From assembly GCA_963664695.1 (NCBI GenBank), contig OY761543.1, positions 957,799 through 1,021,798 of the forward strand: DNA of 64,000 bases. The letters are read 5' to 3'. A program made the position numbers and the translations under genes. Positions 10,329 through 18,818 of this stretch are shown here, piece after piece (the stretch's first letter is position 1; each line of letters starts with the position of its first letter). Under the pieces are notes generated by a model. The model saw only the letters and a program-made list of their open reading frames with translations, had not been told where the DNA came from and ran no database searches. The DNA comes from Dehalococcoidia bacterium. Its GTDB lineage: Bacteria; Chloroflexota; Dehalococcoidia; Lucifugimonadales; Lucifugimonadaceae.

Positions 10329-11611
10329 TGCTCAGATCGCATTGTAGAGAACCTAAAGCCTTGAATCCTCATTCCGACACTCTGACTGACATCGAGTTTC
10401 GACCGGCACGCGAACACGAACGTTTGCGGTTTTCGGTCGCCGAGATGCGGGGATTCAGTGGGCATTTCTTGCCGCAAGAAGGAGAGTTGGAGTATCGGAA
10501 AGTCGACGATCCGTTGCACCGAACGGTGTGCGCGTTCGATGGCGACGACATCGTCGGGACGACGTTGTGGGAACCGTACGAATTAACCGTTCCAGGCGGA
10601 AAATCTGATTTCTTTGGCGTTACCGACGTCACGGTCCTACCAACCCATACACGCCGCGGCATCCTGCGAGAAATGATGCGGCGGCTCCTGATCGAGGGGC
10701 GCGATGCTGGTTACCCGATCGCCGGGCTCTGGGCAAGCGAGAGCAACATCTACGGTCGCTTCGGATTCGGCATCTCGGGCGAGACGGTCTTCGCCAAGAT
10801 CGACGTAAGAGACGCAAGATTCCGCGCTACCCCAGAAATTAACGGCGAGATTCGTTTCGCTGACGTTGCGACAATGGAGAACGTCGCGCCCGTCGTGTGG
10901 AACAGAACCGCCGAAAAAAACATCGGAATGATGCTCCGGAGTGAAGCAGATTGGGGTTGGATTTACGACCGACGTCGGATCCCGGGTTTTGGCAAGCGAA
11001 GAGCGTTCTGCGTTGTGTACCGCGAAGACACCGAACCCCTTGGTTATGCGACCTATCGAATCGAGCACAAGATGGAGGCGATACACTCGTACAACTCGGT
11101 GCGGGTAATCGAACTGATCGCCTCCACCACCGCGGCAGAGGCCGCATTGTGGCGGTTCTTGCTCGACATCGACTTGGCAGGCGAGGTAGTGCACCACCAC
11201 CCGAAGAAGTCGAAATTGCTGTGGTTTCTTGCCGACCCCCGCAAACTTTCGTTCGAACCCTACGACTCACTCTGGATTCGAATCCTCGATCCGATCAAGG
11301 CTTTGACTGGGCGCACATACTCAGCAGCCGGTGAGGTCGTTATCAAAATCGAGGATGAATTCTGCCCATGGACACAAGGAAATTACGCGTTGCGCGTCGG
11401 CTCTAACGGAAGGGCGACATGTGAGGTGACCGACCAATCGCCGGACGTAACGCTTCCAGTCGCGTCCTTAGGCGCCATCTACATGGGTGCCCATTATCTC
11501 GCCGACTTGCAACGAGCAGGGCGCGTCACCGAACACAAATCCGGTTCAGTCGCACAGATTGATACCATGTTCCCCATAAGTGGAGTTCACAACTTCGTAC
11601 CAGAATTCTAG
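10328..11611 (+). CDS. Eis-like GNAT N-acetyltransferase (paralogue 2)
   Basis: The 427-aa ORF has VLPTHTRRGILREMM and IYGRFGFG and is colinear with the preceding ORF. Its GTG start overlaps the upstream TAG by 1 nt, and the true start is uncertain. Confidence 0.7.
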   Translation: MLRSHCREPKALNPHSDTLTDIEFRPAREHERLRFSVAEMRGFSGHFLPQEGELEYRKVDDPLHRTVCAFDGDDIVGTTLWEPYELTVPGGKSDFFGVTDVTVLPTHTRRGILREMMRRLLIEGRDAGYPIAGLWASESNIYGRFGFGISGETVFAKIDVRDARFRATPEINGEIRFADVATMENVAPVVWNRTAEKNIGMMLRSEADWGWIYDRRRIPGFGKRRAFCVVYREDTEPLGYATYRIEHKMEAIHSYNSVRVIELIASTTAAEAALWRFLLDIDLAGEVVHHHPKKSKLLWFLADPRKLSFEPYDSLWIRILDPIKALTGRTYSAAGEVVIKIEDEFCPWTQGNYALRVGSNGRATCEVTDQSPDVTLPVASLGAIYMGAHYLADLQRAGRVTEHKSGSVAQIDTMFPISGVHNFVPEF

Positions 11612-11624
11612 CCCCAGATGCAAA

Positions 11625-12089
11625 ATGTCCGTCTTCACACCAGCCCATCTCGGCAAGTGGGAACCCCTGTTTAAGAGGTTGCTTGAAGGCGACACGCTGC
11701 CAATGACCGAAGATAGTGCATGGATGCTGGGACGAAAAACGGGCGTTATCGCCGTGATACATGATGATGAACCGGTCTATATCGAAGCCACGAAGGACAT
11801 CGGCAAAACCATCGGCGATTACCTCAACGGCGGTCCAAGCTGCGACTTTCGGGCGAAGGTCGCCATCGTTGAACTCGGAGCATCGCCGAGAACAGCACTT
11901 GAAAGGTCGCGCAAAGGCCCCTTGGCAGATCGCATAAACAGATTGTTGCCTCAGTACCGCTTTGCAGCGGTTCCCGCGACCGACGCGCTTTCCGAGCGTT
12001 TGGCCGACGCCTTCACGGTTGTCGCCGACCCACGGCTCAACGGACCAACGGCCCAAGCGAACGCTATCCTCGACGCCTTGCCGCGTTGA
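11625..12089 (+). CDS. Hypothetical cytosolic protein
   Basis: I take the ATG at 11625 (MSVFTPAHLGKW...), which avoids overlap with the upstream gene. The segment GVIAVIHDDEPVYIEATKDIGKTIGDYL faintly resembles a degenerate GIY-YIG core, but I cannot support that assignment. Confidence 0.4.
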   Translation: MSVFTPAHLGKWEPLFKRLLEGDTLPMTEDSAWMLGRKTGVIAVIHDDEPVYIEATKDIGKTIGDYLNGGPSCDFRAKVAIVELGASPRTALERSRKGPLADRINRLLPQYRFAAVPATDALSERLADAFTVVADPRLNGPTAQANAILDALPR

Positions 12090-12119
12090 AATAGAACGGC
12101 GGATTACTGATCCGAATAT

Positions 12120-12632
12120 ATGCAGACACACTTCTCTGAATACATACCCCTCGCCTTGCTGATCGCGTTCGCCGCGTTCCTCGCCTACGTGATCTGGCGT
12201 GGCAACTACAAAATCGGCGCTTACATCGTGCAGCTCGCGGCCGCATTTTTCCTCTCGTCCGTTGGTGGATTCGGCCTTTACATTCTTAGCTCGGTAATGG
12301 TGACCACCTGGGTGTTGACGGGCAGCACCACGTTTTTGATGCTCAACGCGGTCGTGATGCAAGCCATCGGCGCAACATTGGGCTTCGTCATCGTAAAGCG
12401 ATATGGCACATCGGTTAACCAGGTAAAACCATTCGAGGTCGCTCTGTCGCTGGTGTTAGGCGTTAGCGGCGCGTACGTCGGATTCGTCCTTTTCAAAGAC
12501 GCCACGTTCGCCGCTGATTTCGTTACGAACGCAAATAGTGTCGCCGGTGCCTATTTCGGCGCGGTGCTTATGGGTAACTCGCCGCTCATCGTTGGCGGCC
12601 TGGCGCGCGTGCTCCGCAACCAAGAACCCTAG
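12120..12632 (+). CDS. Hypothetical integral membrane protein (about 5 predicted TM helices)
   Basis: The 170-aa ORF contains successive hydrophobic 20-aa segments. I recognised no family. Confidence 0.5.
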   Translation: MQTHFSEYIPLALLIAFAAFLAYVIWRGNYKIGAYIVQLAAAFFLSSVGGFGLYILSSVMVTTWVLTGSTTFLMLNAVVMQAIGATLGFVIVKRYGTSVNQVKPFEVALSLVLGVSGAYVGFVLFKDATFAADFVTNANSVAGAYFGAVLMGNSPLIVGGLARVLRNQEP

Positions 12633-12703
12633 TTGCTACGGTTCCAGATAAAGTAGGTGCCACCGATCACTTGTATCGATTTCGCCCAGAGCCGAGGTCC
12701 ACA

Positions 12704-13861
12704 ATGCGCATCACCGACATCGAAGTCATCACTTTTAAGAGCCTGAGCAATACCGTCGGCACCAAGTGGGGTTACGGACAGTGGCGCGACGACCCTCAAC
12801 CGTCTGTTCACGCCATCACAAAGATTTCGGCCGACGAAGGTGTCAGCGGTTACAACACCGGCGGCATGGGTGGATATTTCCAAGGTGCGTTCCCGTCGGA
12901 AGTCGAGGCAATGGTGAAAAACCTTCTCGTTGGTGAAGACCCATTGAGTCGCGAACACCTTTGGAACCTGATGCGCGACAACCACAATTTCCATGAATCA
13001 CTCATCGGCAACCTTGACTGCGCGCTTTGGGATCTGGCCGGCAGATACGCCGGAATGTCGGCTTCGCAGCTCATGGGAAAAGCGCGCGAAAAAGTTCGCG
13101 CCTACGCCAGCACCTTCCCCAACATGGGGACACCGGAAGACTACGCCAATTTCGCGCTTGAATGCAAAGCCCAGGGTTACACCGCGTTTAAGGTCCACGC
13201 TTACATCTACTGGAACCCGATCACCAATCAACCCGCACCCCGGCGTCCAGCGTTCCCGAAACAGGACATCGAAGTCTGCGAAGCGGTTCGTGATGCCGTC
13301 GGCGACGAGATGACACTCATGCTCGATCCGTGGGGCATATACACGCTCGACGAATCGATTTACGTCGGACGCGAGCTCGAACGCCTCGGCTTCTACTTCC
13401 TCGAACACCCGATGCATGAGTTTCGCGTCGAGCCCTATCGCCGTCTTTGCAACGAGCTAGACATCGCAGTCTGCGCTCCGGAACACGCGACTTGGATGCA
13501 CTACTCTCGGGCAGAGTGGGTTTTGCAAGGCGCTTCAGATATCGGAAGGATCGATGTCAATTTCGGCGGCATCACCGCATGCAAGAAAGCGGTCGATGTC
13601 TATGAGGCGTTCGGCGTCCCGTGTGAGATGCACGGCGGATGGTTTGGTAATTCGGCGATCTTGGGAGCTACCACGGAAGAGACATGCCTCCTTTACGAAC
13701 GCGGTTTACTGAGACCAGAGTTCGACTATGAAGCGACACCACCCTATCTAAACTCCCCGTGCGATCCGATGGATGACGACGGTAACGTGCTCTTGCCTCA
13801 GGGCCACGGATTGGGAATGGATTTCAACTGGGACTACATAGACGACAACCGCGTCGCCTGA
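12704..13861 (+). CDS. Enolase-superfamily enzyme (mandelate racemase / muconate lactonizing family)
   Basis: It has an N-terminal capping domain (MRITDIEVITF...) followed by a barrel with ALWDLAGR..SASQLMG, FKVH, LMLDPWG and LEHP motifs. I prefer ATG 12704 over the TTG 12671 in the ORF track. Confidence 0.8.
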   Translation: MRITDIEVITFKSLSNTVGTKWGYGQWRDDPQPSVHAITKISADEGVSGYNTGGMGGYFQGAFPSEVEAMVKNLLVGEDPLSREHLWNLMRDNHNFHESLIGNLDCALWDLAGRYAGMSASQLMGKAREKVRAYASTFPNMGTPEDYANFALECKAQGYTAFKVHAYIYWNPITNQPAPRRPAFPKQDIEVCEAVRDAVGDEMTLMLDPWGIYTLDESIYVGRELERLGFYFLEHPMHEFRVEPYRRLCNELDIAVCAPEHATWMHYSRAEWVLQGASDIGRIDVNFGGITACKKAVDVYEAFGVPCEMHGGWFGNSAILGATTEETCLLYERGLLRPEFDYEATPPYLNSPCDPMDDDGNVLLPQGHGLGMDFNWDYIDDNRVA

Positions 13862-13880
13862 GTTTCAGACGACGCGGTTG
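13846..13880 (+). terminator. Hairpin overlapping the stop codon of the enolase-family gene (candidate terminator)
   Basis: There is a perfect 11-bp inverted repeat, CAACCGCGTCG (13846-13856) and CGACGCGGTTG (13870-13880), with a 13-nt loop. It is followed by a T-rich tract (gtgtgtttcggtttc). Confidence 0.45.
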
Positions 13881-13949
13881 CGTGTGTTTCGGTTTCGCGG
13901 CGTTGCTGAACAACGACCGAGTTTGAAGACCTGCTTGGCGGGGTGACTT

Positions 13950-15170
13950 TTAGAATTGCCTGCCGCGTTTTTCCAACTGCATCATGTGGTTGCGTAGGAA
14001 CGGCGGGATTTTTATCGAATCGGGGTCCTCGATCGCCTTCTCGATCATCTTGGTGTCCATCATTCGCTGCTCTTCGTCGGTCGGGAAACCGGTCGCGATA
14101 ACAATCACGCGAATGTTGGGACCCATATTCGCCTGACGTGCGGTACCAAGGATGATGTTGGACTGCGATGTCATCTTGCTCTGGACGATGCTGGAGATCT
14201 CTTGCACGCTGTACATTCGCATCGACGGGCCGCCAGTAATGTTCACCAGCGCGCGTTGAGCACCCGTGATATCAACATCCAGCAACGGGCTCTCTAGCGC
14301 CTGTTGAACCGCATCGAGTGCGCCTCCTGGTTCCGAGTCTGAAGCCTGCCCGACTCCCATCCACGCGGGACCCGCGTTCGTCATCACTGCGCGGACATCC
14401 GCGAAGTCCAAGTTGACCTCGCCCGGTTCAATGATTACTCGTGCGATGCCCTCTACGCCATCCTTCAAGACCTTGTCGGCCATCCTCCAAGCTTCCTGCG
14501 TAGTCGTGTCTGGTGCCGCGGCGTCGAGCAATCGGTCGTTCGGGATACGAATTAGCGTGTCGACATATTTCTGCAGTTCAGCGACGCCTTCTTCGGCCTT
14601 CGCCGTTCGGTGCGTTCCTTCGAACCCGAAAGGCATGGTACAGACGCCGATAGTAAGTGCGCCTAGTTGCTTGGCGATCTGAGCTACAACCGGTGCGCCG
14701 CCCGTGCCAGTTCCTCCACCCATGCCGGAAGTAACGAAAACCAGATCCGCGCCGTCCAAGGCTTCCGCGATCTCCTCGCGGTTTTCCTCGTGGCAGATGC
14801 GGCCCTGCGAAGGGTCGCCTCCAACACCCATGCCCCGGGCAGTCGTGTCACCAACGCGCAGACCGGTCGGCACAGTCGCCAACTCCAACGCCTGGGCGTC
14901 GGTGTTCATGACGATGTAGTCGACCGTATCGATCGGATCGCTATACATACGGTTAACGGCGTTAGACCCGCCGCCACCGACGCCAACGACCTTGATGTTG
15001 ACCTTTCCGATGCCGATAGGCTGTCTGCCCTGAGGCCTGTACTCGAATTCGTCGTGTATCTCACGCAACATATTTTCGTCCTTCACGATCTCAAAGAAAC
15101 CATGGGTGTGCCAGTAACCGCCACGTGACATCGAACCTTGGTGAACGATTAAAACCGTTCGATTCGACAC
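13950..15170 (-). CDS. ftsZ: Cell division GTPase FtsZ (copy 2, unlinked; N-terminal extension; canonical C-terminal peptide)
   Basis: The 406-aa ORF has VGVGGGGSNA, GMGGGTGTGGAPVVA and NLDFADV. The C-terminal DSIKIPPFLRN (nt 13992-14021) matches the conserved FtsZ C-terminal peptide. An alternative start is ATG 15071 (MLREIHDEF...). Confidence 0.9.
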   Translation of the reverse strand: MSNRTVLIVHQGSMSRGGYWHTHGFFEIVKDENMLREIHDEFEYRPQGRQPIGIGKVNIKVVGVGGGGSNAVNRMYSDPIDTVDYIVMNTDAQALELATVPTGLRVGDTTARGMGVGGDPSQGRICHEENREEIAEALDGADLVFVTSGMGGGTGTGGAPVVAQIAKQLGALTIGVCTMPFGFEGTHRTAKAEEGVAELQKYVDTLIRIPNDRLLDAAAPDTTTQEAWRMADKVLKDGVEGIARVIIEPGEVNLDFADVRAVMTNAGPAWMGVGQASDSEPGGALDAVQQALESPLLDVDITGAQRALVNITGGPSMRMYSVQEISSIVQSKMTSQSNIILGTARQANMGPNIRVIVIATGFPTDEEQRMMDTKMIEKAIEDPDSIKIPPFLRNHMMQLEKRGRQF

Positions 15171-15456
15171 CGCAACGCGCGTAGCGTCCCTGAGTGATTA
15201 TTACGCTAAGCAATCCGAACGGCTCGATGCAATACAACAACACGCAGTTACTTGGTTCGATGATTTTTTCGGTGCAACCGCTTGCCCAACGTTGACGGTC
15301 AGAGTGGTCGGCAAACTCGAATCAATTCTATCGCCTCCCAAGAATCCCAATCCCCGCGGCTGTCGATTCACGCTTAATATTTGTTGTTTGGGGAACGAAC
15401 GCGCGTTGGCGCGGCGTCCTCCATGACACATTGTCCGAAGGAAGGGACGTCGACCA

Positions 15457-17100
15457 ATGAACGGCTACGAAGCTGTTGCGAAAATACTCAAGAAAGAAGG
15501 GTTCGAATGGCTCGCCTGTTTCCCTTCAAACCCAATTATCGAAGCCGTTGCTAACGAGGGCATCCGCCCCATCGTTTTCCGACAGGAGCGTGGGGGAATA
15601 ATGGCTGCCGACGGCTACTCCCGCCTGATGGCATCCAAAGGCAAATACGGTGTCTTCGCTTGCCAGGGAGGCCCCGGTGTCGAAAACGCGTTCGGAGGTT
15701 TCGCGCAAGCTTGGGCCGACAGCGTTCCCGTACTCTTCCTGCCCGACGGTCCCGGCAACTACAAAACCGAAGTTGCTCCGAACTTCAGCGGTCCCCGCAA
15801 CTACCAACACATCACCAAGTTTGCTGCATCCGTCACCTCTGCTGACGTCATTCCCGCGCTGATGCGCCGCTCTCTCGAAGCGCTCAAGAACGGCCGGCCC
15901 GGCCCTGTGATGCTCGAGATGCAACGCGAAGCAATGGGTGGTGAAGTGACTGGCGTCGAAGACTACCGACCGACCTCGACCCACAAATTCGCACCGTCGG
16001 CCAGCGACATCAAGGACACAGCCGATAAGTTGCTCAACGCTCGAATGCCCGCGATCTGGGCCGGACAGGGCGTTCTCCATGCTGGTGCAACGGAAGAGTT
16101 GCGAGAACTCGCCGAACTTACTCAGATCCCCGTCATGACAACGATGCCGGGCAAAAGCGCAATTGACGAACGCCACCCACTCGCGCTCGGAGCGGCCAAC
16201 CGCACCGCGCCCAAACCCGTCTGGACTTGGCTCAAGGAGTCCGATGTACTCTTCGCCGTTGGCGCCAGCCTTAGCGTTACAAACTACGGCATCGACCTCC
16301 CGCCTGGCAAATTCTTGATCCATTGCACCAACAACCCGGCTGACATCTCGAAGGAATACACCACCGACCTTGGATTGGTCGGCGACGCCGGTGAGACGCT
16401 CCGTCTACTGATCGACGAAATCAAGGGGCGAATCGGTGAAGACGGTCGTGGCGGCGATACAACCGTCCAGGAATCGATCGCTCAAGTCCGCGCCGAATGG
16501 GATGCCGACTGGCAAGGCCTGCTCAACTCGGACATGATCCCGATCAACCCGTATCGCCTGCTCAAGGAGATCGGAGACGCGGTGGACCACGAAAACACCG
16601 TGATGACGCACGACGCTGGTCACCCGCGTGATCAGATGATGCCGTTCTACATGGCAACTCGCCCGCACACCTATATAGGTTGGGGCAAGAGTACGCACCT
16701 CGGATACGGCATCGGCCTCATGATCGGCGCAAAGATGGCTATGCCCGACCGCTTCTGCGTCAACTTCATGGGCGACGCCGCGTTCGGAATGTCCGGCCTT
16801 GACATCGAAACATCGGTCCGATCCGGCAACCCGATTACTACCATCGTCCTCAACAACGGCACGATGGGTGGGTACAACAAGTCACTGCCAGTTGCGATGG
16901 AGAAGTACAACGCTGGCAATATGACTGGCGACTACGCGATGATCGCAGAAGGAATGGGCGCTCGTGGCATCACCGTGACTGAGCCGACCGAGATCGGCCC
17001 TGCCATCCGCGAAGCCCACCGCGAGAACTTCGAGAATGGACGATCAGCCCTCATCGACGTCCACACCCAGCAAGAGCTGAACTTCAGCATCTACGACTGA
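15457..17100 (+). CDS. Thiamine-diphosphate-dependent enzyme (acetolactate synthase / sulfoacetaldehyde acetyltransferase-like)
   Basis: The 547-aa ORF has an N-terminal PYR domain (GFEWLACFPSNP...GPGVENAFGG) and the TPP motif GDAAFGMSGLDIETSVRSGNPITTIVLNNG. Confidence 0.85.
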   Translation: MNGYEAVAKILKKEGFEWLACFPSNPIIEAVANEGIRPIVFRQERGGIMAADGYSRLMASKGKYGVFACQGGPGVENAFGGFAQAWADSVPVLFLPDGPGNYKTEVAPNFSGPRNYQHITKFAASVTSADVIPALMRRSLEALKNGRPGPVMLEMQREAMGGEVTGVEDYRPTSTHKFAPSASDIKDTADKLLNARMPAIWAGQGVLHAGATEELRELAELTQIPVMTTMPGKSAIDERHPLALGAANRTAPKPVWTWLKESDVLFAVGASLSVTNYGIDLPPGKFLIHCTNNPADISKEYTTDLGLVGDAGETLRLLIDEIKGRIGEDGRGGDTTVQESIAQVRAEWDADWQGLLNSDMIPINPYRLLKEIGDAVDHENTVMTHDAGHPRDQMMPFYMATRPHTYIGWGKSTHLGYGIGLMIGAKMAMPDRFCVNFMGDAAFGMSGLDIETSVRSGNPITTIVLNNGTMGGYNKSLPVAMEKYNAGNMTGDYAMIAEGMGARGITVTEPTEIGPAIREAHRENFENGRSALIDVHTQQELNFSIYD

Positions 17101-17162
17101 TCGTCGTATTCGATCGGGAGCGGCGTTCATTATTAATAGTGCTCCCGCTCCCGGGAGCCACG

Positions 17163-17185
17163 CGTCATTCCTGCGGACGCGGAAC
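17163..17185 (-). repeat. Short inverted, degenerate copy of the interspersed repeat (left arm of a MITE-like 247-bp unit)
   Basis: CGTCATTCCTGCGGACGCGGAAC shares CGTCATTCC and GCGGACG(C)GGAAC with the reverse complement of 17354-17409. It lacks the internal GGCGAAAGCCGG hairpin. Confidence 0.45.
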
Positions 17186-17353
17186 CCACATAAAACGACG
17201 CACGTCGTTCCCACGAAAGCGCGTAGGTCGCGTACTGCGTCGACAACACGTCAATCTTCCACGTGTTTTCGTGCCGGGTCCCTCTGAGACCATTGCATAT
17301 CCCTTGATCGGGGTAACGAAGCGAACGTTTCGGCGTCCTCGCCCCGATTGGAC

Positions 17354-17409
17354 CGCCCCTCTGGTTGTACGTTCCGTCCGCTAAAGCGCCGGCTTTCGCC
17401 GGAATGACG
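17354..17409 (+). repeat. Interspersed 56-nt repeat, copy 1 (contains hairpin CCGGC-TTTC-GCCGG)
   Basis: By hand alignment, 50 of 56 nt are identical to 59401-59456 in the same orientation. Read on the opposite strand it translates as ...VIPAKAG..., the spurious-ORF signature often produced by such palindromic repeats. Confidence 0.6.
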
Positions 17410-17541
17410 TAGTTTTGCGATGGCCCCGATCGCACTGGTAGCGGATATGGTGCTGGATTAAACGCACCCGCCACCTCAGGTCAATCTAGGCGAGATTTTC
17501 CTAACATTTCTCGCCACATGCGTTGTATGCGGTATTTCGAT

Positions 17542-17567
17542 GTTACACTTGTGCCACAAGATGTAAC
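17542..17567. promoter_or_regulatory. 26-nt near-perfect palindrome 46-71 nt upstream of recA (candidate operator or 5' leader stem-loop)
   Basis: The sequence is GTTACA-CTTGTG-C-CACAAG-a-TGTAAC. Both the inner and outer 6-nt arms are perfectly complementary, with one unpaired base. Confidence 0.35.
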
Positions 17568-17612
17568 CGCAACCAACGCGGGATCAAACGCATAACATTA
17601 AGGAATATCTGA

Positions 17613-18713
17613 ATGGCAACCAAAGCAACCGCCACTCTCGAAAAAGAGATCATCGAGAGCCTCACATCCGAACCAGCCGAAAACGAGCCCAAAATGCCGA
17701 CCACCAAGCAAGCCAGCAAACGGGAAAAAGCGCTTGAAGAAGCGATCGCTCAGATCGAACGGAACTACGGTCGCGGCGCCGTTATGCTCATGAGCGAAAA
17801 CGATAGCTTCCGTAACGTAGACGCCATCCCCACCGGCTCCTTATCACTCGATATCGCCCTCGGTATCGGCGGCCTTCCACGCGGTCGCATCATCGAAATC
17901 TACGGCGCCGAATCCGCCGGAAAATCCACTCTCGCAATGTCCGCCGTCGCCCAAGCCCAAAAAGCTGGCGGCGTGTGCGCATATGTAGACGTGGAACACG
18001 CGATGGACCCCATCTACGCCAAAGCCATCGGCGTCGACATCGATTCTCTGCTCATTTCCCAACCTGACTCCGCAGAACAAGCTCTCGAAATTATCGAACA
18101 TCTGGTCCGCTCTGGTGCACTCGACATGATCGTCTTAGACAGCGTCGCAGCATTGGTGCCCAATTCCGAGATACAAGGCAACATGGGCGACTTCCAAATC
18201 GGAGCCCAGGCACGTTTGATGTCGCAAGCCCTCCGCAAACTCACCAGCATCGTCAATCAGACCAAGACCGTCTGCGTCTTCATCAACCAACTCCGTGAAA
18301 AAGTCGGCGTCGTATATGGCAGCCCCGAGGTCACACCAGGTGGTCGTGCACTCAAGTTCTACTCCAGCGTCCGACTCGACATGCGCCGCAAAGAATCCCT
18401 CAAGACCGGAAAAGATATCACCGGCAACCGCGTCCGAGTCCGCGTCGTCAAAAACAAAGTCGCGCCACCCTTCCGACAGGCCGAGATCGACATCATCTTC
18501 AACGAAGGCATCAGCATTGAAGGCGACCTGCTCGAACTCGGTGTCGAACACGGAATCCTCCAAAAACGCGGCGCATTCTACTCCTACGGCGAAACCCGCC
18601 TTGGACAGGGCCGAGAAGCCTCTCGCGTCTTCCTCAAGGAACACACCGACATGCGCGACGAGATTGACGCCCAAGTCCGCGGGATTACCATGCCGGAGAC
18701 GCAAACGGCATAG
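17613..18713 (+). CDS. recA: Recombinase RecA
   Basis: The 366-aa ORF has the Walker A motif [14 protein letters not shown], plus LDSVAAL and [11 protein letters not shown]. An AAGGA Shine-Dalgarno sequence lies 8 nt upstream. It carries an N-terminal extension of about 30 aa relative to typical RecA. Confidence 0.97.
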   Translation: MATKATATLEKEIIESLTSEPAENEPKMPTTKQASKREKALEEAIAQIERNYGRGAVMLMSENDSFRNVDAIPTGSLSLDIALGIGGLPRGRIIEIYGAESAGKSTLAMSAVAQAQKAGGVCAYVDVEHAMDPIYAKAIGVDIDSLLISQPDSAEQALEIIEHLVRSGALDMIVLDSVAALVPNSEIQGNMGDFQIGAQARLMSQALRKLTSIVNQTKTVCVFINQLREKVGVVYGSPEVTPGGRALKFYSSVRLDMRRKESLKTGKDITGNRVRVRVVKNKVAPPFRQAEIDIIFNEGISIEGDLLELGVEHGILQKRGAFYSYGETRLGQGREASRVFLKEHTDMRDEIDAQVRGITMPETQTA

Positions 18714-18766
18714 TTGGCACCAACTTTTCGCCTGTCAGCGCCCGACCAACCACAGTTAACGCAGGT

Positions 18767-18798
18767 GAATGAACGCACTGACCTTGGTGCGTTCATTC
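18767..18798 (+). terminator. Stem-loop downstream of recA (candidate intrinsic terminator)
   Basis: There is a perfect 12-bp inverted repeat, GAATGAACGCAC and GTGCGTTCATTC, with an 8-nt loop. The downstream sequence is CCTCCCGTTTAT, so the U-tract is weak. Confidence 0.6.
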
Positions 18799-18818
18799 CT
18801 CCCGTTTATGATTAGCGC

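Noticed and set aside
11526-12362. A 278-aa minus-strand ORF overlaps the two orphan plus-strand genes.
   Set aside because: Its composition is arginine/glycine-rich and antisense-like with no motif. The plus-strand ORFs have cleaner boundaries and a plausible TM pattern.
17133-17474. A 113-aa minus-strand ORF lies in the recA upstream region.
   Set aside because: It is the translation of the interspersed repeat and its hairpins (…VIPAKAGALADG…), not a gene.
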